Of a DNA stretch of 64,000 nt, positions 12,471-24,242 are shown in pieces. Location of the stretch: NCBI GenBank assembly GCA_973895155.1, contig OZ316891.1, forward strand, positions 6,999,808-7,063,807, in the 5' to 3' direction. The position numbers were made by a program, and so were the translations under genes. Position 1 is the first letter of the stretch. Every line of letters begins with the position of its first letter. The notes under the pieces are model-generated. The model ran no database searches, was not told the origin of the DNA, and saw only the letters and a list, made by a program, of their open reading frames with translations. Source of the stretch: Marsupella aquatica (taxonomy: Eukaryota > Plantae > Marchantiophyta).

Positions 12471-13382
12471 ATGAGAGGGACTCTAGCGCTGCCAATGGTC
12501 CTGGTGAGCATATGCTGTGTAGGGATGGTTGTGGAATCGAAGACCTCCAACCGAGACTCAGACGGGTACCTGCATTCCGGGTATGCGTGGCCCAAAACCA
12601 TTCTATGGCACACACTTCGCTTTTCACCGGGCTCGCTCTGGTTTTTCTACCTTTTCCTCGCGGGATCCGTGCTCATGTATGTGGAAGTGCTCATGTACGA
12701 GGTGCTTAAAAAATTGATAGGGAGTTCATGGGTAAAATCAAATGCTGGGGACCTCTCAGGGAGTTTCGGGGAGAAATTTCTTCTTGGCGTCGGCAAACAG
12801 ATTGACATGGATATGCTTGTATCCTATCAAGCCTGTGCGCTGGGCTCGGGTTTGATCTATTTGAGTTTGGGCGTGGTGAAGCTATCAGACGTGATGGAGG
12901 CGTACCTAGCGGGGATGGTGTCTGTCCAAGTGATCCTGTCCACCCCGCGTGTGCCTGGCAACAAGCTCGCTCGGCTGTTCTCCATGGAGGCCTTCATACT
13001 TTCCTCGGTGTTCGGGATCGCCATGCTCGACTCCTACCACCCGCTCAACGTGCTCAACGGAGTGTACTCTGTCGCGGCATCTCTGATCACTGTGATCCTC
13101 TTCCTCAGCGAACATTCAACTCCTTTTATGAGAGCTCTTTGGGACACGATCCTTAGCGTAGCGCAGATGCTTTTCTCTGTGATTGCCTTCGTTCTGGCAA
13201 CCAGGGTGGAAGGTACGCACCGAGTGCCCATGTTCACGATTCTCGTCACTGCTTGCGTGTTCACAGGCATTGCTCGCAGCAGCGTGTCTGCTGTGACTAG
13301 CGGGAGCGATCACCGCTCCGAAGCCGACTCCAATCCATTCCAACACAACCACTCCGATACATTCCAACACAACCATTTATAA
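12471..13382 (+). CDS. Hypothetical multi-pass membrane protein, 303 aa, apparently intronless
   Basis: Long ORF with GC3-rich codons in its 3' half and roughly 7-8 hydrophobic segments; TATATA at 12378-12383 upstream; C-terminal duplicated FQHNH motif. Family not recognised. Confidence 0.6.
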   Translation: MRGTLALPMVLVSICCVGMVVESKTSNRDSDGYLHSGYAWPKTILWHTLRFSPGSLWFFYLFLAGSVLMYVEVLMYEVLKKLIGSSWVKSNAGDLSGSFGEKFLLGVGKQIDMDMLVSYQACALGSGLIYLSLGVVKLSDVMEAYLAGMVSVQVILSTPRVPGNKLARLFSMEAFILSSVFGIAMLDSYHPLNVLNGVYSVAASLITVILFLSEHSTPFMRALWDTILSVAQMLFSVIAFVLATRVEGTHRVPMFTILVTACVFTGIARSSVSAVTSGSDHRSEADSNPFQHNHSDTFQHNHL

Positions 13383-15283
13383 GTGGAATGAAGGAAGATA
13401 TATTCACTGTGTCCTTGTAGGGTGTTTCATGCTTGGCCCTGGCTTAGAAGGTTGGAGATTGTTCCCGTCAACTTTTGGTCTCTTGTAAGGGCTCGAATAG
13501 TGGAGACCTAGACCGTCCTTGCGTTTCCCCATGCTTTGAAGTAGTCGTAGTCTTGTTGACCCTCGACGCTTTGATTTGCACCATTCCACACTAGTTGCAC
13601 TGTTGAGAAACTCTGTACTCGAGTTCCTCCAGCAGCGTTTGTCAACAGGAGTACAACGACCGGATTTCCTGCTCTCGAATCATACGCAATAGTTGGCAAA
13701 TTACGTACAAAGTTCTACATAATCATATACAACTCCAAAACTGCTTCAGGTCTGTGGATCACGGACGTGAGTCTAAGTATTAAAGTGGCCCGACACTTCG
13801 TAATGATCGACAAGAGAGTGTGAATTTGAGCTTCATCTGTGATATCCAAATTCGGTTTTCTATGCTGCAAATCTTCAACCAACGTGAGAACGAGTAATGA
13901 AGGAGTATGGAAAGAGATAATGAATTTGAGTCTCGATCTATTGTGACATGTTGGAAAATGTTGATACGATAAATAAACAAGAAGTGTAATTTAATCCCAG
14001 CTTTAAAGAGTTACACAGCTGTCATGTAAATTTGATTTAGTTTGGTGCAAATTGCTGCACAGAATTGAGAGCAAAGATGTGTCCGGACTCTACGGTTCAT
14101 ACTCAGAGTACGAAAGTCTTGATGAGATACATGAACCGACAACTTGAAGGATTCAATTGGGTTCGCTTGGGATGCGTCTACTCTACTTGAGCAAAGCCTC
14201 GTTTACATTTATGAAAGAAGACTGAGGAGAGAAGACACGAGTTTCAACCAGCAAAAAGGGGTAGGAAAATGTATCATAGATTCGCTTGCAATCATTTGGA
14301 CTACAGTAATCACATGACCATGATCCTCGAATTCATGAAGGAATCATGTTTACCTCTAGCTCTCACACCTTGGGTGTCGAGGATTGCACCATGCACAGTT
14401 ACGCCCTTACGTGACCATTCAGTTGAAGAAGCGTGCAATGGCCAATGTAAGTAATGTTCAACAATTTGGATGAAGACGCGATCCGAACTGTCGTCCACAT
14501 TAAATCGCAGGCACTGTTGTCAAAAAATCATCAGATCGTGGACCTGCAGTCGTTATCACATCTGAAGAATCTCCATCCGTCTAGATCTTTCTTACACACG
14601 CTTTTCTTTCGGTCTGTGTATAATTCTACAACTAAAAGTGACGGACGATATGACGGAGCTATCATCACTAGCTATCAGATCAATTTAGCCTGTCTGGTGC
14701 AAAATTAGAATACTCACTGTTCTGCTGCTCCTCTCTGCCGCTGCTGATCGAAGTTTCTCAATCAAAGAGGAAATCAAAGAAGGTCAACGAAGAAGGCTGA
14801 GACCTGGCTTCGCAATTGAGTGATCTATACTTGTTTCCAGGTTCCGAAATCCCGCCTTCTTGGTGCTATTATTGATCTTGTATCATTTAGTCCATGATAA
14901 TCATTACGAACACCTCACCTCGTGCTAAAATGCTTAATGGACGGCGTTGTTTAGGTGCTCATTAGGAGAGCCTTTCTCGATATATCAGATTCCATTCACC
15001 GGATGATGGAATATGCTCGTGCTTGTTAAACTCCCTTCCACTCTAGGTACTGCACGGCGTATCCTCGATTCAGCCCACGAGGTAGATGGGGCAAATCTTC
15101 TCCCTCGTCTGACATACAACTCTGTCCCTGTTGAAGCGTTTTGGAATGGACACTTTTGTGCAGATGCTGTCGAATTCATACAGGGTGCATCAATGGGGGT
15201 TCGGTTCTCTGCGAATCAGTAAAGAAGACAATCTCATCTGGTGAATATGAACGCTGTAGGCACAGAGAATTCCTACAATGCCT

Positions 15284-17063
15284 CTAAATTGCCATATCCT
15301 CTTCCTGGTCAGACGACGAATCGGTATCGGACTCTCCCTCGTGCAGCATATCAGCTGCGAGAGTGTTCTTGTTATTGGCCGACGTTTTTCCAATCCCGAA
15401 GAGAGCGGCGGGAAGGGCAAGTTTGGCGAGCAAGAGCCCAATCGTAATGGACAATCCGACCACCATCATATCGAACACGAAGCCCATTCCGGACAGCACA
15501 TCATCCTCCAGCATGGCAGCCACCCCCTGGACGCCAATTCCTCCCGGAACCAACAGCAGAATACCAGAAAGAACCATCACGAGTGGCAGATCCCCTCTCC
15601 AGTACGAATACGCGGTCCCTGTGACTCCCACGGCAAATGCAGCTACCACCGAGGATGCACTCCCTCCCAGGCGGTAACCTGCTATTGTCGATACGATGAA
15701 GCCGACGCCAGAGGTAACGATCATCCCCGACCACTGATCCAACCGAGCGTTGAGAAGCACATTGGAGGCTACAGAGAACCCCACGAACCACAGAGGACTC
15801 CACCAGATGGACAGGTCGGGAAGGTCGCACTCCATGGTAGCAGGAGACTCCCAGAACACGAAATTCTCCCCCACGGCGATCCCAAACCCAAGCTGCAGCG
15901 CTGAAAATAGAGCGTACATGATCCGAGACGTACCTAGAGAAAGAAAAAAACACAGAAATCTTAGAAGAGAGACAGTTCACAGATCCTGCCCAATCTTGAA
16001 CCAGGTCAGAGTAAAACAAATTTAGGGAGACGATGCAAAGTCCGGACTGAAAGCAATCTGCCTTTTCACTGGGTCTTAAACCGAGCAGAAGAAAAGTTTT
16101 CACAATTGATTCGAGACGTACGTAAAGGAAAACAAATTCACACAACACTGTAGAGTTATGGTGAACTGTACCTGTGACATGGGCTTTGGCCACCATCTCA
16201 CTCACGCCTAGCGTGAGGGACAACCCCGGGAGGAGCTGCACCAGCGACGCCAGCACCATGGAGAAGAAGCAGAGGTTGAGGCTTCCGAAGAACAGGCTGA
16301 GCAGGCGAGCCGCGAAGGAGACCACCAGAGCAGTCACAAACTCCTGCACACTTGCGAAGAGGTTCGATTCCGCCGCGACGAGGTCGAAGAGTCCTACGAT
16401 TAAGCCCAGACCCAAACACATAAATGCGTCCCAGAGCGTCCCGTTGAAGAACAGGAGAGCGGACATCGAGGCCGAGAGAGAGTACCCGAAGAGACGCCAC
16501 CACCATTGTCCGAACTTCGGAGGAGAAGTGGCGATGGCCTTCAATCGCCAGTAAGCCAGGAGGAGAGGTGTCTCGTCCCTCCCAACGTGGTTGGCAAGGT
16601 GGTCTGCGCGCCCGAGCTTGTCAACGTCCAGCTCGTTTTCTACTGTGAGGATATGGAAGCCTTCCTCTTCTGTGTGGCCGGGGAAGCTCAGGAGGATCAG
16701 GGACGGGAAGACTGCAATGCTGACATCCACATCGAGCCTGTTGGCCGCTTTCTCGATGAGGTACTCTGTTCGGGATGCCGAGCTCCCGTAAGAGTGGAGA
16801 GCGATGGCGAGGCGCTGGAGGAACCGACAACGGAGACGGGAGTTTCCTCGACCGCCGCTCTTCTTGCCCTGCCACCGCCTAGCGACTTCTTCTTCGGTCA
16901 TGGTTAACGCCCGTCGGACATCGCGCGAGCGCCCCCCGTGGTTGTCCGAAGTGTTTTCTTCACCGTTCTGCATGTTCCGTTTCTTCTTCCCTCTGTGATT
17001 GCGCCCGTTGTCGCTGCTAGCCATGGCTCCCGCCGCTTCCATCAGCCTGGTCTTAAGATCCAT
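15284..17063 (-). CDS. Threonine/serine exporter (ThrE / Prm10-like) family membrane protein, 513 aa
   Basis: Exons 17063-16172 and 15933-15284 (GT-AG) join in frame as AHVTG/TSRIMYALF. Motifs FLQRLAIALHSYGSSASRTE, LVQLLPGLSLTLGVSEM and ILLLVPGGIGV match the duplicated ThrE/ThrE_2 architecture. Confidence 0.85.
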
Positions 17064-19054
17064 TGCGAGCCGTTCCGAATGCAATTGGCAACACGCCAAA
17101 TAAAATCCTACTTGAGCCTTCCTCACCTCACCTCACCTCAGCAAGACTGAGAAGCACGCATCTCCAGTGCAGAAGTAGAAAGAGACGACAACCTCGATCA
17201 ACATCTCTGACGGATTCGGAAAAGTGAAATCCTGAGATGAAATCTCAATTGCCATCCATGCGTGACTGTTTATGGAAGGCAATTTATCTCATCAACTCCA
17301 AATTTCTGCTTGATCCAATTCTTGCGAGTCCCTGTAACGGGCACTGCATAACACGACTCCTTTACAAGCTTGGACGTTATCTACCGGACACAACTGAAGC
17401 CGAGACTCTCGAGAGGTAGAAACTAGAAACCTTTTCCGTCTCGGACCGAATTAGCTGCCGAAGGATCCTTGCAAGTTTGGGTAGCAATTTGCAATATAAA
17501 CTTGCGAGAGAAGGAACGAGGCAAGGAAGATCGATGTAAAGCCTAACTAATCCCCTTCTTTCCTACGAATTCGAGTCGCATTAACTCCAACACCACAATG
17601 TTAGTCACAATGGCTTTGTTTTGCTTTCGCTCAACTCCAGTCTTGACCCGGAGCTCAATACTTTCAGACAGGGAAGGGCAACCATTCAGAAGAAATCAAT
17701 GCAGTCAAACGCGACGGCAAATGGCGCGGATGCTGGTGCTATCTGCTCGGATGGCAAGAATATGTGAGCAGGCAAAAGCTTTGGAGAGAAACGACATTCT
17801 TCGCACTACGGCTCGTGAGAAGCAAGGACAGACATTTGACAGGGATACAGAAATGCACCAACTCTTCTAGAAAAAGAAGCCCCTATCAATTCCAATGCAA
17901 ATCCATTCCAGATCGGAGCTTTCAGAAGTGTTTCTAAACGGATTCTGAAGACAATTGTGCCTTTAAAACTCGAAGGCTAGTCAGCCGTCGACGCGTTCGC
18001 AGAACCAAACCAAATTCCTTTGAACTATTCGGAACACAGTAATGAATTCAAAGAGCCTGCAAAAATGTGTCCACCTACATCATCCTCTCACGCGCACGAT
18101 TCGCACCTATCCTGCTTCTCATTTCCCGAATTGACACGGCCGTTCCAAAGAAGAAAACACACTGCATCATTCTCCTGCGCGGCTGAAGAATCTGCACTCG
18201 GTCAGCAAAACGGCAGTGAGGTACAAAACGTTCGCAAATTCTGGTACAAGAAAGTGTGATCCGTTTCAACTGGAGCTTCGTTTCTTCTTCAATGGACCTT
18301 CGGCTTCAGCTGGAGCTTCGTTTCTTTCTTCAATGGAGCTGGAAGCGCATCATCTCCTCGATCCCACGAGAGAGCTGCAAATTGGTCGTAAGTTCACTGA
18401 ACATGGATCACACGAACGCCATGGTGGAATTCTGTTCGCAACGAGACATTGTAAGTTGTACATTCGCGGATTGGGTTTACTCTGTAGTTCAGACACATCC
18501 ACATTGGGTTTGGGCCTTTGGTACCTCTACAGTAAGCTCAAGAGTCAAGGGCCAGTATGTAGCTTTACACTAGTAAACACTGTCTACGCTGTAGGGTTGT
18601 ACAGCATGTTACAATCACTTAGTATATTTTCTGGATCTTACTGATCTTACGGATCTTACTAATAAAGATTGATCCAAAAGTGTTTTTTCCCCCTTTTTCC
18701 TTCAAAGAAGCACTTTACTTAATTAATCAAAAAATTAAACCCATGCAAAATAAATCAAGAGGAAAAATGGCCAGACCCAAGAAAAGGTTGCAGGCCAATT
18801 GTCACACCAAGACCAAACACATTCAGTCAAGTGGACAAAGGCCAACATTGCAAAAATGAGTGAGAAGCAACCAGACCCTCGCCCAGACCCTTTGCCCACA
18901 GAAAAACAAAAGAAACCCGGGGAGAAATGTGGGCTGACTTAGCCCGATCCAGAAAATGAAGACCTGAACGGCTACACTTATCGCACATTAAATTTACATC
19001 AGTCATGCAAAGCAAAACATAAACCAAGACACATGTAATTCAAATTGAGACATT

Positions 19055-19197
19055 TATTTGATGGACTTCCAAAATGCAAAGTGTTTCTTGATGGACCCAT
19101 GACTGATCCAGACCATTGATAGATTTCACATCAATGTACCCAAAGCTCATGAGGTCTCATGGGGTCCATTAAGTAAGACATTTCAATTTAGGGGTCT
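19055..19197. repeat. Dispersed repeat copy A (probable TE fragment), homologous to ~44935-45086
   Basis: Shared cttgatggacc..atga.tgatcca.acc.ttgata...ctcatg...tccattaagtaa.ac.tt.caat.taggggtc. Confidence 0.6.
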
Positions 19198-20579
19198 ATC
19201 ATGTATAATTCTCCATTCAAATCATTTGGTTTGTAGATCATAAATATAGTGTATTGATTTATGTTCTGGTGTACAGACCGCATTAACTTGACGCAGAATC
19301 ACTAATTGTGGAACAAATCATACCCGAAAACACTAAGCCAAATCAAGGCGGACCAAACAACAACACTGAGCTATAGTCCACAATAAACAGACCATTAGAG
19401 TTGTGCAAGGAGAGATACTAAATTATTCTCCGGGACTATAAGAATGAAGTCTCTAGAGGTAACTCCAACTGAAAAGTGGACAAGAAGAGTGATGTGGACA
19501 AAGATGAACGCTAAAGAAAATGAGAGATATTATAATGGACCTCAAAACACAATTTTCTTACTTAACTGACCAAAACATGCAGAATTTCACCTAGTGGATT
19601 CCAAGGAAACATGCAGATTCCCCCCAGTGGGTCAATGCATTGGTTAGTTCGATGTTAGTTCGACACTGCAGTCATAGTCGATGCAGTCACACACCATAGA
19701 ACAGTAGAATATGCTGAATTTTAAGTGACATCCTCACGTTTTAAGGGTTGCACATTGCATTAGATGAACATCTGGCACAAATGGTACCACTGGTGGGCCT
19801 GGAGGTCCACTGGAGAAAATTATGCATCTTTGACATTGGGTTAGGCAACAAAGTTGCATTTGGAGTTTTTGTCTTCATGTCTATTTATGTTCAAGAAATC
19901 TGTATCATGCTAGTAAATATATAATAGGATGTGAACTTACCTCCTAGAGGAAAGTCTCTAGAGGGTGACTCTTTGTGCCTAATTGAAGTTGGGGGTGGGA
20001 GCAGAAAATGGGGATTGTGTGCATGTGAGTCTGAATGCAAACAGATGAACAGGCAACCAACTTGAATATTTCCCACCTCTATAATGTGTTAAAAGAACCT
20101 GTAGGCCAACTAGTGGTTTGAAGAATAGCAAGAGAAAATTAATTTTGAAGGCTGATTGACCTAGTTCGTGATAATATGGCGCAACCACCCAAACAGCAGG
20201 CAGTTTTTACTGAAAAAGCTAAATAATAACTTGAGATAACAAGTCATTATCCCTTGACCCTGGCCAAAAAGGAAAAAAAACACTTACAAAATTTAGCTGC
20301 CAAAGAGCCATGTCCCTGCAGGTAATCACACATCAAAGTGTGATAATATTGAGTGTACACTCATTGATGTAACTAAAATAATGAGATTTATCATGATATG
20401 GAAGAATGTCTTACACTATACATGTATATCAAATTGCCAAAAAGCAGGCCACAGGATCCCACAAGCCAAAAACCCAATCAAGGGAAAACAAGGAAAAGTC
20501 CAGAAGACCATATTTTGATGTGCACTTAGCTAGACCCTTGCCATGTGAAGGGTCAAGCCCTCAACTGCTCCCACAATGA

Positions 20580-21790
20580 AGGGTCACAGTATCTCCATGA
20601 TCTCGTTGCAATAGTGGGCTCTGGATCCTGGTTGGACCGGAGTAAGTTAGTACAATGGAGGATGTCAGCAGATGAAATTCGAGGCATCAGCGTTTTTTGC
20701 GTGGACAATATTCCTTAACATTCCACCTCACTGAAATGTCTTCTCCTCTTTTGGCTTGGTTTTTTTGGTTTGTTTTCCAGCAGCCAGTTTCCTATCAAGC
20801 CCAGAGACCCATTAGCAAAAATAGTCGGATACCGTCAATATCTGACTGTTAAATAGTAGATCAGAAGATGATATTGGGCGGCATCCTGGCCAAAAATAAA
20901 ACTTAAGCCAGGACTAGGACTTGCCAGTGACACCAAATCCATTTAATCTGAACGATCCAGTCCTAAACTGCCCCCACCATAGGCGGTCACAGTGCTCCAT
21001 GAACTTGACTGCAATAGTGGGCCGTGAATTGGTTGAACGGGAGTAAGTGCAACGGACATGGCAGCTGCCAGCCGTTTTTGTTACTGGCCAAAATTCACTA
21101 GATTACACCGCTCCTAATTGTCTTCTCTATTTTTGGCTTGGTAGTGTTTTTTTTGTCTTCCATTAGCCAGCATCCAGAGACCAATTTAGCCAAATCTGAT
21201 GGTTATCTCCAAACCTAGGAAGATCTAAACTGGCTTATTTTGTAAGGTTTTTTGTTTTTAGCTAGTGTGGCAAATGTCACCCTCAAGAAGATGCTAAGAA
21301 TATTTTTTATCAGTTTTCTCATGTATTATATCCTGACAGTCACACATCCCTAGATTTAAGGAAGTCTTGTTAAATATTAAAATATGATGAATGGGTCAAT
21401 GGGGTACATGATCTGGTGAGAACGTGACAAATGGCATACAAAGTGGCCCAACACTTTTTGGGGAGGTGCTAAAGTTTGCACAAAAAAAATAAGCTGATCT
21501 GAATAGCCAATCTAATAAAATTAGATAAGGAATCTTCTTCTCTCCCACAAAAGGTGCCAGTACTCCAAAAAGGGAAAACGCTAAAAACCTAATTTTAAGC
21601 GGACACTACAGTAACTGGGGGATTTGCTATGTCCCACCCACACCATTCATTCTGAACGATCCAGTCGTAGACTGGTCCACTCATCGACGGTCGCAGTGGC
21701 TCACGATCTCGTCTGGAACAGTGTGGCCGTCGATCCTGGTGGGGCAAGGGTAAGTAACTGCAAGTGACCAGGTCAGCAGGTGAAACGCCA
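20580..21790. repeat. Three diverged copies of a ~100-200 bp unit
   Basis: ggtc(a/g)cagt...(g)caatagtgggc...gtaagt...cagc at ~20582, ~20985 and ~21689; tctgaacgatccagtc at ~20948 and 21651. Confidence 0.55.
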
Positions 21791-22010
21791 GATATGGAAA
21801 TGATACCCGTAGGTACGGTTTGGAGCTTTGAAGAGTCGTGGAGTCCGATTCAGCTCGATCCGAGGATCGACCGTCGTCCGTGACTGTGGGACTGTTGCGC
21901 TGTGGCGGAGGGACATCGCCACATCGGTATTGGCCACGCACGCGGCGACACGACGGCGTACCGCCGCCCAGAAAGGAATGTTCATGCAGCACTGTCGTTT
22001 CTTTCATTCC

Positions 22011-22076
22011 TTCCGCAGAAAATCTTTCCACTGAAAAGACAGGGAATGTTTTCCGCAGAAAATCTTTCCACTGAAA
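22011..22076. repeat. 26-bp direct repeat
   Basis: ttccgcagaaaatctttccactgaaa at 22011 and ~22050. Confidence 0.8.
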
Positions 22077-22983
22077 GACATGATCGACGATACGAGACCT
22101 GCATTGTTTGGATAGGATTTGTTTTGCTTTCCCCGATTTATAATTTGAAATTGATGCTCATAGACCACAACGTGTTTATTTTTGAAACCCCAATGTACCA
22201 CATTTCCCAGAATTTATTTCTTTATTTTTAAGGGAAAATTTGTGAAACCACACAGAAAGGGGGAGTCGGCCACAATAGTATTTGAGTTTACTTGTAATAA
22301 GTTGATGTTTATAATATATGCTATAGTAGGTAGGCTACACTTCTATCAAAAAGAGAGTAAAATTTTGATCATTTTGGTTGAGTTCATCATGGAATGCTGA
22401 AGGATAAATTTTGCAAGATAAATTTTCATTACCAACCCCACTAGGGGTCCGTTCCAAAATTCGAGACTCCACAGCATGCCATGTCATCATGACGTGCTCC
22501 AAACAGGTATGGACTGGTTTACAAAATAAAATTACTTCACCATTTGTGTTTGTGGCATGATTTTGGTAAAATTGAGGACGCCATGTCGTAAACCTTGATG
22601 TAAAAATGTTTGAAAATAATTATTTTATTTACCCTAGGTAACAAACTGTTCAATCAGTAGGAGGCCCACCTTTCGTGTTTTTTACCCTGAGTAACCGCTG
22701 CCCACCCGCATTCTGAATTGTGTTTCAATTGAATAATAACTAAATCTCTCTAAGCAAGTTGATCTGATGACAAAGTAATCGTGGCGATTTTCTCGACCTT
22801 CTGCTGTCACGAAGGAAGAAGTGGACATGACTCTATGTTGGATCACTCAGCACTCCTTTCCATGGCGTCATCATTACAGTTCCTAACTCGGTGATGCCTC
22901 TCGCTACTGTTAGATTGTCCAACAAGGCACGAGCAAACGAAAGAGAAGCAAGCTTAGCAGGGTTAAGTAAAGGCCTCGTCTAC

Positions 22984-23118
22984 GTGCAGATGGTGTTGAA
23001 GAGACTGGGCATGAAAGAAGGACATAGTTATAAAAAGTGTCAGCAGATGATCAAGGGAGTTGATGCGAACGGTAATGGGAAGGTGGACTTTCAGGAGTTC
23101 AAGGGGTCCACTAACTAA
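22984..23118 (+). pseudogene. Calmodulin-like (CML) C-terminal EF-hand fragment
   Basis: VQMVLKRLGMKEGHSYKKCQQMIKGVDANGNGKVDFQEFK matches the last helix-loop-helix of plant CMLs (DxNGNGxVDFxEF loop); upstream EF-hands are missing. Confidence 0.7.
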
Positions 23119-23620
23119 TTGTGTACTATGAAATATTAGTACTTGTATTTGTTTTATGTCTCCTCCCTAAACACGTGCTCGTGAACTGATTCCCCAGGAA
23201 ATTAAGTTTCCAAGAGCATTTGGACCCCTCATTTCTGGATTTTCATTTCTGGGTTTTCATTTCTTCCCACTTAAACCTACTCGACATCATATTTTCAGGC
23301 TTGACACATCTGCAAGGGCAAATTTGTTGCCCTGGACTATTTTTATTTTTTTAATTACTTATTTGAAGCTCAAACCTAATTACTACTAAGGCAGTTTTGG
23401 TCAGAAGATACATCCTTCTCGTTTGGCAAAGTTCTCATTGGAACTTTGAGTCGCGACTACAACTTTCACCTACTCGTAATTGCTCCGGCGTTGCCTAACT
23501 CCAGCGTTGAGCCCCTCTTAGATTTGCTACCATCATGGCCATTAGGGATGCAACTAACAAAGAGGAGGCTAGTAAGAGCAAGGACAAGACTTGAGAAAAG
23601 CGCGCTCCACTTAACTTTAT

Positions 23621-24242
23621 TGGGCCCATTGCCGATCACGGAAATATGAACTATTTTTCTGACGGATCACCATAGGGGCCCGAGAAGCCCCACATGAGCC
23701 CGATCATGGGGCCGCATATTTCTCGGCCAACGGACCCAGGGGCCAAAAGTTATGGCCGACTCAAGCCGCATGCTTGTAGTTTGGGCCCGTTGCCGATCAT
23801 GGAAAAATGAACTATTTTTCCAACGGATCACCATAGGGGCCCGAGAAGCCCCACATGAGCCCGATCATGGGGCCGCATATTTCTTGGCCAACGGACCCAG
23901 GGGCCAAAAGTTATGGCCGACTCAAGCCGCATGCTTGTAGTTTGGGCCCGTTGCCGATCATGGAAAAATGAACTATTTTTCCAACGGATCACCATAGGGG
24001 CCCGAGAAGCCCCACATGAGCCCGATCATGGGGCCGCATATTTCTCGGCCAACGGACCCAGGGGCCAAAAGTTATGGCCGACTCAAGCCGCATGCTTGTA
24101 GTTTGGGCCCGTTGCCGATCACGGAAAAATGAACTATTTTTCCAACGGATCACCATAGAGGCCTGAGAAGCCCCACATGAGCCCGATCATGGGGCCGCAT
24201 ATTTTTTGGCCAACGGACCTAGGGGCCAAAAGTTATGACCGA
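23621..24242. repeat. 161-bp tandem repeat array, ~3.9 nearly identical units
   Basis: Units start at 23621, 23782, 23943, 24104 (tgggccc.ttgccgatca.ggaaa.atgaac...); near-identical spurious ORFs at 23752 and 23913 confirm the period. Confidence 0.97.

Noticed and set aside
15278-15904. 208-aa plus-strand ORF and other antisense ORFs over genes
   Set aside because: Shadow ORFs of GC-rich coding sequence on the opposite strand.
15501-16171. C-terminal part of the 541-aa minus ORF
   Set aside because: Read-through into the intron and out of frame; the spliced model restores ThrE motifs.
18216-18644. Overlapping 105-142 aa ORFs
   Set aside because: No domain signature or coherent splice model.
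23621-24242. CRISPR-like array or repeated 62-aa ORFs
   Set aside because: Whole units repeat with no unique spacers; eukaryotic context; the ORFs are by-products of the repeat.
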